64,000 nucleotides of DNA, taken from contig CAVZKB010000001.1 of the NCBI GenBank assembly GCA_963775755.1, positions 80,011-144,010 on the forward strand. Direction: 5' to 3'. Positions 28,909-38,900 of the stretch are shown here, piece after piece. How positions within the stretch are numbered: position 1 is the first letter of the stretch; each line of letters starts with the position of its first letter. Both the position numbers and the translations under genes were made by a program. The notes under the pieces were generated by a model. It did no database searches, was not told the DNA's origin, and was given only the letters and a program-made list of their open reading frames with translations. This DNA comes from an uncultured Actinomycetes bacterium. GTDB taxonomy: Bacteria; Actinomycetota; UBA4738; HRBIN12.

Positions 28909-29922
28909 GTGCCGGTGCGCGATCCCGCCTTCACGGTCGCGTCGGGCGCCGCGGCTACCATGGGCGACATGGCGCGCATGTTCGTCGAGGGATGGGCCCC
29001 CGAGTACGGGGCGCCGTTCGATCCGGACGAGCAGCTGGCGCCCGCCGAGGGAACCATCGATGCGACCGTCGAGCTGATGGACTGGGAGCCCCTCGAGGGC
29101 GCCGATGACGGCGCCGATCGGATCGCGTTCGTCGACGGCGTGCGCCGCGTGGACGCCCGCCTCCTGATGGACGACCCAGCCGGTGGCCCGATCCCCGGGA
29201 TCTGCGGGACGTTCGCGGTGGGCGCGACCCTTTGGCACCGGACGCAGCGCCGGTCCGAGATCACGAGCGTCCGGGTCGAACGGTGGGCGGTCCTGGCGGG
29301 CGGCCGCGTCGAAGAGCTGCCGGCTGTTGACCTGGATCCGCCGTACCGCTCCACGACCACGCCGTCAGACGATCCTTCGCATCTGATGACGGAGCTCCAC
29401 ACCCGGATGCGCCGAGCGGAGGGCGAGCTGGCGACGCAACTCGCCGACGGCGCGTTCGTGGTCGCCGACGGTCCGCTCAACAAGCCGCTCGCGCCGCTGC
29501 CGGTCGTCGGCTATATCAAGAGCCATCGCGTGACGTACCTGCCGCTCGAGCAGAACGCCGTCGTCGCCGAGCTCGCCCGTGGACAACGCACGCCGTTGTT
29601 CACGATCTCGGCCGATCGGCCCGACGTGTCTCGCTACTCGTGGTACGTGCGCCTCGCGATGTTGCGCGGCGGCCACTCGTGGACCGGCATCGTCCGGTGC
29701 GAGGCCTCGGGCCGCCTGCCGACGGACGAGGTCCGCGTGATCGCCGACCGCACCGCGGCGCTCCTGCCGATCGTGGGCTCGGAGCCGCACATCGATCCCC
29801 GCGCACCGCAGAACCTGGTGCCGATCGGCGCGCTCGAGCGCGAGCTGCGTCATCGCATGGGCGACCAGGGCTTGGTCTATCGCGCTCTCCGTCAGGCAGT
29901 CAGTGAGCGCGAGGCATCGTAG
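28909..29922 (+). CDS. nurA: NurA-like 5'-3' nuclease (RNase H-like fold)
   Basis: NurA catalytic motifs IAFVDGVRR and FVVADGPL (hhxDGS pattern), about 330 aa, located immediately upstream of HerA-like ATPase. Confidence 0.6.
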   Translation: MPVRDPAFTVASGAAATMGDMARMFVEGWAPEYGAPFDPDEQLAPAEGTIDATVELMDWEPLEGADDGADRIAFVDGVRRVDARLLMDDPAGGPIPGICGTFAVGATLWHRTQRRSEITSVRVERWAVLAGGRVEELPAVDLDPPYRSTTTPSDDPSHLMTELHTRMRRAEGELATQLADGAFVVADGPLNKPLAPLPVVGYIKSHRVTYLPLEQNAVVAELARGQRTPLFTISADRPDVSRYSWYVRLAMLRGGHSWTGIVRCEASGRLPTDEVRVIADRTAALLPIVGSEPHIDPRAPQNLVPIGALERELRHRMGDQGLVYRALRQAVSEREAS

Positions 29923-30275
29923 AGATCACCTCGGCCCTCGCTCATCCGATTTCCCAGCATCGTCCGGGTGTGCATACGGCTCGTGCACGACGGTCCACTA
30001 CAAGTCGGCCACCCGGGCTCACATCGAGTCGTTGGGATACGACATCGTGGCCAATTCGGCGACCAGTTCAGCGACCTGGTCGGCGGGTTCGCGACCGCAC
30101 GTTCAAGATGCCCAACCCGAACTACTTCCTGCCCTAGACGGTCCACGGTCGAGCGCTCCCCGGGGCTCTGCGGACGAACGCGGGTCCGCAGCCCGGGGGC
30201 GTCCGACGGCGCGGCTACGATACGCCCCATGGGGTGGTGCACGATCGTCGTGGGGTTCATCGACGAGGACGACCG

Positions 30276-32012
30276 ATGACCGGCGACGGCGTCGGACGGG
30301 TCCTCGGCTCGGAGCACTCGAACACCAGCGAGTTCCGCGTGGTGCTCGACGACGACGAGTACCTCCAGCTCGACGACCTCATCGTGGTGCGGACCCAGGT
30401 CCCGAAAGCGGGCGAGGTCGCCACATACGGCGTCGTGACCGAGGCCGAATCGGTCTACGAGGGCGCCTCGTATGAGTCCGACACGCATCGGGTCGCCGAG
30501 CTCGGCATCATGCCCGCCGCGAAGGTCCGTTCCGCGCGCGTGGCCGTGACCCGCGTCGATCCCGAGATCTGGGTCTCGCCAGATCCGGGCGAGGTCGTGC
30601 AACGCGCCACCGGCGAGGAACGCTCGAAGGCGCTGTACCTGGACGAGATGGGCAGGCCGCTCCCGATCGGGATCGGTCGCGACGGCGAGCCGGTCTCCGT
30701 CGACCTCGACTTCTTCGACGGCCGCAAGGGCGGCCACATGTCGATCAGCGGCATCAGCGGCGTCGCGACCAAGACGTCGTTCGCCCTGTTCTTCCTGCGG
30801 ATGCTCACCGGGCATCCGGGCGTGGTCGGCGAGGGCGCGTCCAACCTCCGCGTGCTGGTGTTCAACGTGAAGGGCGAAGACCTCCTGTGGCTGGATAAGC
30901 CCAACCGGTCCTTCGACGACGAGGCCGCGGCCGGCTGGGCGGTGCTCGGCGTCGAGCCCGGACCGTTCCCGTCTGTGCGGTTCTGGGCGCCGCCCAGGAG
31001 ACGTTCCGGCGACGTCGTCGTGCCCGACACCGGCGGGCGGCAGGAGGGTGTCGACGTCTTCAGCTGGACGCCTCGCGAGTTCGTCGACGAAGACTGCCTG
31101 CAGTTCCTGTTCACCGATGCGAACGACTCGAAGAACCAGATCCCGTTCGTCCGCGAACGCGTGCAGTCGCAGTTGAAGCGGTTCTCCGTCGACGTCGTGG
31201 GGATGCCTGGTGCGGTCGTGCTCCGCGACCCGCGCGACGCGCCCGACGGGAGCTGGCGTGGTCAGCAGGTCCAGGCGCAGCCCGGCGAGCGGATCGTCAC
31301 CGACCTGCTCACGCTCGTCGGCGCGCTCGGCGAGTTCCTGGAGCCCGAGGACGGCTCGGAGCCGGACTGGGCGTGGAGCGGGCGCGTCATGGGCGGCACG
31401 ATCTCCGCGTTCATGCGAAGGCTGCACGCCGGCGCCGCACGGATGGGCCAGTTGGTCAGGGCCGGCGAGAGCCGCCGCATCGATCGTTCGAAGGCGAGCG
31501 TGACGGTCGTCGCGATCCAGTCGTTGCACGATCAGGCACAGCGGTTCGTGGTCGGTGCGCTGCTGAACGAGGCGTTCCGCGAGAAGGACGAGTCCGGGCA
31601 GCGCCTGCCCCTGTCGGTCGTCGTGCTGGACGAGCTCAACAAGTACGCCCCGCGCGAAGGCACCGGTCCCCTGAAGGACATGCTCGTCGACATCGCGCAA
31701 CGCGGGCGGTCGCTCGGGATCCTGCTCGTCGGCGCGCAGCAGACGGCCTCGCGCGTGGCATCCGAGGTCTTGGAGAACGCCGCCATCCGCGTGAGCGGCC
31801 GCCTGGACGCCGCCGAGGCCGAGCGCGCCGAATACGGCTGGATGCTTCCCTCCACACGCGCTCGAGCCCGGCTGTTGAAGCCCGGAACCATGGTCGTGTC
31901 GCAGCCGGCGATCCCCGTGCCGCTCGTCGTGACGTTCCCGTTCCCGCCGTGGGCCACCAGGAAGGAGGAAGTGGCGACGGACGCCGACGGCGATCCGTTC
32001 GCGGGGCTGTGA
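30276..32012 (+). CDS. herA: HerA-like FtsK/HerA-superfamily hexameric ATPase/helicase; start ATG 30276
   Basis: N-terminal HAS-barrel (GRVLGSEHSNTSEFRVVLDDDEYLQLDDLIVV), central P-loop region (HMSISGISGVATKTS, atypical), Walker B VVVLDELNKY, C-terminal arm. Confidence 0.6.
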   Translation: MTGDGVGRVLGSEHSNTSEFRVVLDDDEYLQLDDLIVVRTQVPKAGEVATYGVVTEAESVYEGASYESDTHRVAELGIMPAAKVRSARVAVTRVDPEIWVSPDPGEVVQRATGEERSKALYLDEMGRPLPIGIGRDGEPVSVDLDFFDGRKGGHMSISGISGVATKTSFALFFLRMLTGHPGVVGEGASNLRVLVFNVKGEDLLWLDKPNRSFDDEAAAGWAVLGVEPGPFPSVRFWAPPRRRSGDVVVPDTGGRQEGVDVFSWTPREFVDEDCLQFLFTDANDSKNQIPFVRERVQSQLKRFSVDVVGMPGAVVLRDPRDAPDGSWRGQQVQAQPGERIVTDLLTLVGALGEFLEPEDGSEPDWAWSGRVMGGTISAFMRRLHAGAARMGQLVRAGESRRIDRSKASVTVVAIQSLHDQAQRFVVGALLNEAFREKDESGQRLPLSVVVLDELNKYAPREGTGPLKDMLVDIAQRGRSLGILLVGAQQTASRVASEVLENAAIRVSGRLDAAEAERAEYGWMLPSTRARARLLKPGTMVVSQPAIPVPLVVTFPFPPWATRKEEVATDADGDPFAGL

Positions 32013-32046
32013 GCGCGAACGCAGCCGTGCGCCGCTCTCCCCCGAG

Positions 32047-33216
32047 ATGAAGATCCTCCACACGTCGGACTGGCACATCGGCAAGAGGCTCGGCCGTCAC
32101 GAGCGGATGGACGAGTTCCACGATGTCCTCGCAGAGGTCGAAGGCATCGCCGACGAGCACCGCGTGGACCTGGTCATCGTCTCCGGCGACGTGTGGGATC
32201 GGCCCGTCCCACCGACGGATGCGCTCGCCCTCGGCCTCCAGACGCTCCTGCGCCTGGCGGTGCGCCGCCCGGTGATCGCCGTGGCCGGGAACCACGACTC
32301 CCCGGAGTTCTTCGAGGCGCTCGCGCCGCTGCTGCGCCCCCTCGGGGTCCACTTGGTCGGCAACGTGTATCGCCCCGACGACGGTGGGATCATCGGACCC
32401 GACGAGCTCGGTGGTCTCCCGGTGGTCGTCGCGTGTTTCCCGTTCCTGCGGGAGGGACGGGTGGTCGACTTCATGAAGGACGCCGGCGAGTGGTACCGGG
32501 GGTACGCGGATCGCATCGCGGCGATCACCGGCCACTACAACGAGGAGCTCGTCAAGCGCGCAGGCGCCGACCTGGTGCCGATCCTCGTCGCGCATTTCCT
32601 CGTGAACGGTGTGAAGGTCGACCGCGAGGCCCCGCGCGGGGAGCGCGAGCTCCACATGGGAGATGCGTACGCCGCGACCCCGCAGGCCATCCCGGCAGGT
32701 CCTCAGTACGTGGCGATGGGACACATCCACGCGCCGCAGCGGGTGCCGGGCTCACCGGTGCCCGCGGAGTACGCGGGCTCGTTGTTGGCGCTCGACTTCG
32801 GAGAGGCCGGGGAGCAGAAGCGGGTCGTGCTCCTCGACGCCGAACCGGGACGGCTCGCGGTCGCGGAGAGCGTGCCTCTTCGGAGCGGGCGCCGGCTCGT
32901 TCGGGTCAACGACACGTGGGACGCGATCGAGGCGCGCGCCGACGAGCTCGCGGGGGCGTTCCTCGATCTCACCGTGAAGACGAGTGGCACGGATATGTCG
33001 CTCGCGGAGCGGGCGCACGAGACGTTCCCGTTCCTGGTCCGGGTACGCGCGCAACGACCCCTCGGTGCCGATCGCGAGCGGCTCGCGAAGGGCCATCGTT
33101 CGTGGGAGGAGCTGTACGCGGAGTACTACCGGCGCGAGCATGACGAGGACGCTCCCGGCGATCTGTTGACCCTCTTCCGCGAGGTGCTCGAGGAGGCCAC
33201 CGATGCGACCGCTTGA
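32047..33216 (+). CDS. sbcD: SbcD / Mre11-family DNA-end nuclease (calcineurin-like phosphoesterase)
   Basis: MKILHTSDWHIG, …IVSGDVWD…, …AGNHD…, …GHIHAPQ… metallophosphatase motifs I-V. Confidence 0.85.
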   Translation: MKILHTSDWHIGKRLGRHERMDEFHDVLAEVEGIADEHRVDLVIVSGDVWDRPVPPTDALALGLQTLLRLAVRRPVIAVAGNHDSPEFFEALAPLLRPLGVHLVGNVYRPDDGGIIGPDELGGLPVVVACFPFLREGRVVDFMKDAGEWYRGYADRIAAITGHYNEELVKRAGADLVPILVAHFLVNGVKVDREAPRGERELHMGDAYAATPQAIPAGPQYVAMGHIHAPQRVPGSPVPAEYAGSLLALDFGEAGEQKRVVLLDAEPGRLAVAESVPLRSGRRLVRVNDTWDAIEARADELAGAFLDLTVKTSGTDMSLAERAHETFPFLVRVRAQRPLGADRERLAKGHRSWEELYAEYYRREHDEDAPGDLLTLFREVLEEATDATA

Positions 33217-35740
33217 GCTGACCCTGGAGGGGTTCCGCTCGTATCGCGAGCGGGTGACGTTCGACTGGCGCGGCCGGCGGCTGGTGGGGATCGTGGGCCC
33301 GATCGGCTCCGGGAAGTCGTCGATCCTGGACGCGGTCTCGTTCGCGCTCTACGGCAAGACCCCGCAGGTGGAGAGCGCCACGAAGTCACTGATCCACCAG
33401 CTGGCCGAGCAATCGCACGTCGAGCTGCGGTTCCAAGTGGACGGCCAGGTCTGGCGAGCGGTGCGATCGCTCCGCCGCAAGGGCGCGTCCGGCCATCAGC
33501 TTTCGCTGCTCGCAGACGACACGCCGGATGCGGCGACGCTCGAGGTCGTCACGCTCGAAGGTCCGATGAACGAGCGCATCGAGCAGCTGCTCGGCATGGA
33601 CTTCAAGACGTTCTGCCGCTCCGTGCTCCTGGCACAGAACCGCTTCGCCGAGTTCCTCAAGGCGACGCCCACGCAGCGGGACGCGGTCCTGAAAGGGGTG
33701 TTCGGGTTCGAGCGGCTCGACGACGCGCTCCGCGTGGCCCGGTGGCACCTGGAGCGAGCCGATCTGGAGCTCGCGTCCCTGCAGAAGGAGCGCGAGCGCG
33801 TGGACGAGGCGCGCATCGAGCTCGGCCAGGCTCGCGAGGCGGCGGAGACCACCCGCGCCCGATCGACCGCGCTCGAAGCCGCTGGACCCGAGGTCGAGCG
33901 GCTCGAGAAGGAGCGCGACGCCGCCGCGGGAGAGGCCGAGACCTCGGCCGCTCGGATCGGCGCGTTGACCGAGATCGCGGGGGGGCTGCCGTCGGAGGCG
34001 GACGTTCGTTCCGTGGTCGAGTCCGCGCTCGAGGCGGGAACCAGGATCGCCGCAGCCAAAGCGGCCGCCGATGACGCGGAGCGGGACAGGCGGGCACGTG
34101 AGGCCGAGCTGGCCGACGTGGCATCGCGTCTGGGCGACCGCGAGCGCTTCCGTTCGTTCGAACATCTGGTGCAGACCCACGAGCGGCAGGTCGAAGCGGT
34201 GCAGGCCACCGGTGTCGAGGTGGAACGCATGGACGAGGAGCTCGCCTCCGCGCGCGCCTCGCTGGAAGAACGGTCGGCGGCGGGCAAAGACGCCGAGGAC
34301 GCGCTCGACGCCGCCGACCGAGCCCTGGCCGGCGCCCTGGTCGCCGTCGAAGATGCGCGGAAGGCGTTGATGGACGCCGCGCATGCGGAGATGGCGCACG
34401 AGCTCCGTTCGACGCTCATCGCCGGCGAGCCGTGCCCGGTCTGCCGGCAAGAGGTCCATGCCGTTCCCAGGGCCGGGGCCGCGCCCAAGGTCGCGGCCGC
34501 GCGGAAGGCGCTCACCAAGGCGGAGAAGGTCGAGGCGACCGTTCGGGCCGACAAGGAGCGGTGCGCATCGACCGGAGCGTCGATGCGCACCGCGATCGCG
34601 GAGGCGGAGAGCCGCATCGGGAAGGCGGAGGCCGACCGAGCCCGGGCGGACACGGCGCGGGCAGCCGTCGAGGCCGACCTCGCCGCCACCAAGAGCCAGC
34701 TGATCGAAGGACTCCACGGAGAGGGTGACTTCCGCTCCCTCTTCGAGGCCCGGCAAGCAGAGCTGACGGCCGCGGAGCGCGCGTTCGAGCAGGCTCGCAC
34801 GGCTCTCGAGCTGACCCGCGCGGGAGTCGAGGAGGCGGAGCACCTCGCCGAGGGAGCGGGCGAGGCGATCGCCGCGATCGCCAACCGGTTCTCGGGACTC
34901 TGGGGACGTCTCGACGAGGATCGAGACGTCCCGCGGGACCCCGACGCGATCACGGCGTCGTTCTCGGAGCTCCGAGCGACGATCGTCGCGCGCCACGACG
35001 AAGCGGTCGCGACGCGCGAGACGGCGAGCGCCAGGGTCGACGAGGCGAACGAGGCGCGCTCCGCCCTGCTGGCAACGGTCGGACTCGCTCCCGCCGACGA
35101 TTTCCGGCGGGCGCTCGCGGAAAGCGCCATGGCCCACGGGACGGCGACCGCCCACGTGCAGCAGCTGGAGGAGCGGATCGCATCCGCGAGCGAGCTCGAA
35201 CGCCAGGTGATGGTGTGCGAGGCACGCCGCGCCGTCGCGAAGCGGCTCACCGACGACCTTCAGCCGTCGCGCTTCTTGGGCTTCCTCCTGCGGGAGGAAC
35301 GCGCAGAGCTTGCGGAGCTCGGGAGCGATCACTTCGCAGAGCTGAGCGACGGCGCCTACCGGTTCACCGACGACGATCGCTTCGACATCCTCGACCTGAA
35401 CGCCGCGAGCACGAAGCGGAAGGCCGACTCACTCTCTGGTGGGGAGACGTTCCTGGCGTCGTTGGCGCTCGCCCTCGCGCTGGCGGAGATGGTCGCGCGG
35501 GGTGGTGGTCGGCTCGATTCCTTCTTCTTGGACGAAGGCTTCGGGAGCCTCGACCCCGAGCACCTCGACCGGGCGATGGATGGCATCGGGCGCCTGGTCT
35601 CCGAGAACGAACGCCGCCTCGTCGTGGTCGTCAGCCATGTGGCCGAGATGCGCGAGGCGATCGAAGACCTCATCGTCCTCGAGAAGGACGACGTCACGGG
35701 CGACACGGTGGTTCGATCCGGCGTTGGCCCCGCTGCGTGA
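33203..35740 (+). CDS. sbcC: SbcC / Rad50-family ATPase with coiled coil and zinc hook
   Basis: Walker A GPIGSGKSS, long coiled coil, zinc-hook CPVC, ABC signature LSGGETFLASLALALAL, D-loop FFLDEGFGSLD. Confidence 0.9.
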   Translation: MRPLELTLEGFRSYRERVTFDWRGRRLVGIVGPIGSGKSSILDAVSFALYGKTPQVESATKSLIHQLAEQSHVELRFQVDGQVWRAVRSLRRKGASGHQLSLLADDTPDAATLEVVTLEGPMNERIEQLLGMDFKTFCRSVLLAQNRFAEFLKATPTQRDAVLKGVFGFERLDDALRVARWHLERADLELASLQKERERVDEARIELGQAREAAETTRARSTALEAAGPEVERLEKERDAAAGEAETSAARIGALTEIAGGLPSEADVRSVVESALEAGTRIAAAKAAADDAERDRRAREAELADVASRLGDRERFRSFEHLVQTHERQVEAVQATGVEVERMDEELASARASLEERSAAGKDAEDALDAADRALAGALVAVEDARKALMDAAHAEMAHELRSTLIAGEPCPVCRQEVHAVPRAGAAPKVAAARKALTKAEKVEATVRADKERCASTGASMRTAIAEAESRIGKAEADRARADTARAAVEADLAATKSQLIEGLHGEGDFRSLFEARQAELTAAERAFEQARTALELTRAGVEEAEHLAEGAGEAIAAIANRFSGLWGRLDEDRDVPRDPDAITASFSELRATIVARHDEAVATRETASARVDEANEARSALLATVGLAPADDFRRALAESAMAHGTATAHVQQLEERIASASELERQVMVCEARRAVAKRLTDDLQPSRFLGFLLREERAELAELGSDHFAELSDGAYRFTDDDRFDILDLNAASTKRKADSLSGGETFLASLALALALAEMVARGGGRLDSFFLDEGFGSLDPEHLDRAMDGIGRLVSENERRLVVVVSHVAEMREAIEDLIVLEKDDVTGDTVVRSGVGPAA

Positions 35741-35902
35741 GGGGTCCGGTCGGCGTTTGCGCGCGCGCAGTCTCGAACTACCAGGTATGGGGTACGACCA
35801 AAGACCTACCTGATTCCGACCATATCCCTCCCGCGACCGACTACGGGTTGCCCCGATAGGGACCGATACAACCCTGGAGGGCCCATTCGCACAAGGGGAA
35901 CG

Positions 35903-38900
35903 ATGGCCGGCCAGAGAAGCATCTACCGTATCGCCCGGACGCTGCTGCTCGCGTTGGCAGCGCTCTTGGCTGTTGGCGCGGTCGGCTCCATGTTCCTCGG
36001 TTCCCGTGCGGTCAGCCAGGCGAAAGCATCCGCGGTCGACCAAGCGCGAACCATCGTCGATAACTCGTTGCCGCTGACGTTGTCACCCGGCGACGTCGGC
36101 TCCCCCGCCACCGACGCGAAGGCTGATCTGATCACCGCCAAGATCACGCCGGTCATCCTGGATCCCAGCGCGTGGGATGACGTCGCGATCTGGTCGCTCG
36201 ACGGCCAGATCGTCTATTCGACCGATCGCTCACTGATCGGACAACGGCCGGAGGAAGCCCGCACCAGCGTGCGCGACGCGACCGAGCGCGGGATCACCTC
36301 TTCCGAACAGAACGACGGCATGTTCTCGGTCCTCATCCCCCTTCGCTTCCGGACCGACGGGCCCGTCAGTGCCGCGATCCAGATGGCGCGGCCCGACGAC
36401 CTGATCGCCGCCGCCGGCCGGCCCTGGCGCTACAACGCGATCCTCATGACGACCGGCCTGATCATCACGCTCCTCGTCCTGTACCGGGTGATGCGGCTCA
36501 CCGCGTCGGCCAGCGCCAACCTGAGCTTCACGCCCTCCACGCGGGACCGCGTCGCTCCCATCCCGATCGGTGTGGGCCAGCGTTCGATCGAGGCGTCCGC
36601 GCCCGGGCTCCGCGAGGAGGCCGACGCGCGGAAGAAGGCGGAGGACCGCGCCGTCGCGGCCGAGGAGCGCTTGAAGGTGATCCAGGATCAGTACCGCAAG
36701 ACCCTCGAGGAACTGCACGTCACGCAGCGCGTCCTCCAGGAGCGTCCGGTCCCGAGCGGGACCGACCCGGAGATCGAGGCACGGCTCCTGAAGGCCGAAG
36801 GCAACGCCACGCTGCTCGAGACGCAGTTGAATGCGATGAGCACGGAACGGGACAGGCTCGCTCGACACATCGCCGAACAGGCCAAGGCCAAGGTCGACAA
36901 GGCCGACCCGGAGCTCGATCGCAAGACCCGTCAGGTCGAGCAGGAGGCGATCGGGCTGCGGGCAGAGCTCGAGGGAGCGCAGACGGAGCTCTCGGTGACG
37001 CGCCGTGAGCTGGATGCGCTGAAGGCGCAGGCCGCTCATGCGCAGGAGATCCAGCAAGATCTCGACAACGCGCATGTCGAGGCGCTCCATGCTCGTGAGG
37101 CGGCGGAGACCGCGGAGAGTGAGTTGGCGCGCGCAACCGCCGAACTTAGCGACGTCCACAACGAGCTCCGAGCGCTGCGGACCGAGGAGCAGAAGGCGAG
37201 CGTCTTCGGCGAGGAGCTCCGTGCCGCGCGCGCCGAGATCGAGAGCCTCAAGGCGTCGCACAGCGCCGACCTGATCGAACGCGAGGCCGAGCTGGAGACC
37301 CGCGTCCGCACGGCCCGGGAGGAGTTCCAAGCGCAGCTGGGGCAGACCGAAGCCAGGGCGCAGCGCGAGCTGGCGGATCGCGAAGAGGCGTTGACCAAGG
37401 AAGCCGCGTCGGCCGTCGGAGAGCTGCGCCAGGCGGCCGCCGAGCGCGAGGCAGAGCTGCAGACCAAGCTCGCCGAGCGAGAGGCCGAGCTGCAACATCG
37501 GCTCGCCGAGCGAGAGTCCGAGCTGCAGGAACAGATCTCCGAGCAGGCCGCACTGCTCGAGCAGCGGCTCGCCCAGCGGGAAGCGGAGCTCACGGCACGC
37601 GTCGCCGAGGTCGAAGGTGCGGCGGATACGACGAAGAACCAGCTCGGGACGGCCAACGCCGAGCTCGAGACGTTGCGGGGCGAACTGCAGGCCGCCAAGG
37701 ACGAGATCGAAGCGTTCACCCACGACGGGTCATCCCGCAACGAACAGGTCGCGAAGGCGAACGAGGAACTGGTCCGGTCCCGAACCGAGATCGAGACGCT
37801 CCAGCAGGAGCTCGCCGAGATCCAGCGCGGTCGTGAGGCGGCCGAGACCAAGCTGCAGAACGCGACGCGCGAGCGTGAGGCGCTCGAGCGTGAGCTGGCG
37901 GCGGCCAGCGCGGAAGTCCAGGCGGAGCTCGCGCGGGGCGTCGAGCTGTCGACGAAGGCCGAGATCGCGGAGGAGGAGCTTCGGGCGGCACGAGAGGCGG
38001 CGTCCGGTGCCGAGGACGACCTGCGAGCGGTCCGCGCCGAGAAGGAGAGCCTTGCCGCAGCGTTCGAAGAGGCCAAGGCTCGTCATGCCGCCGAGATCGC
38101 CACGGCGGCCGCGAAGCCCGACCTCGAAGAGGTCCTGCGAGCGAGCCAGGAACGGCTGGCCAGCCAGACCGAGAAGCTCATCGAGGTCGAGGAGCGCGCG
38201 CACTCCGCCGAGCGGCAGTTCGCCGATTCGGTCGTCCGGCTCGAAGAGGTAGAGGCCGAGCTGCGTCACCTCCAGATGGAGAAGGCGTTGCACGACCTGC
38301 AGTCCGAGCGCCCGGCCCTGGAATCCGCCACCGCGGTCGACGCGACCATCCCGAACGTGCCGCTCGAGGATCGAAGGGCTTCGAGCCCCTTCACCAAGGA
38401 GCTCGCGCTCGACGCGAAGAAGTCGCTCTCACACATCTTGGGGCTCACGCAGATCATGAAGTACAAGAAGGACTCGAAGGACCAGACGCAGTTGATCAAG
38501 CAGCTGACGGCCGCGGCGCGACGCTTGGACCACACCGTCGCAGACCTGGCCGAGGCCGACTCGCTCGCGCACGGCGTCGTCGACCTGACGATCAAGCGGA
38601 CCGACCTGGAAGCGCTCGTGAAGCGCGTCGTGGACGAGTCCGGCATCGGCTCGGATCACGACGTTCGCATCGACAGCCAGTCACTGGTCGTCGGCGTCGA
38701 CGCGCTCCGCGTCGAACAGGTCCTCGGAGGGATGCTCCGCACGTGCGGCGACCGCACCGCGACGGGCAAGGCCATCACGGTTCGTCTGTCGCCCATGGAT
38801 GGCGGCGCGTTGATCTCGGTCGAGGACCCTGAGCCCTCGTCCGACGGAACGCTCAGCCCCGTCATCACACGGTTCGCCGAGATGCAGGGCGGATGGACCA

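Noticed and set aside
29923-30275. Spacer between nurA and herA as an inserted mobile element
   Set aside because: No terminal inverted repeats, target-site duplication or transposase. More likely a regulatory spacer.
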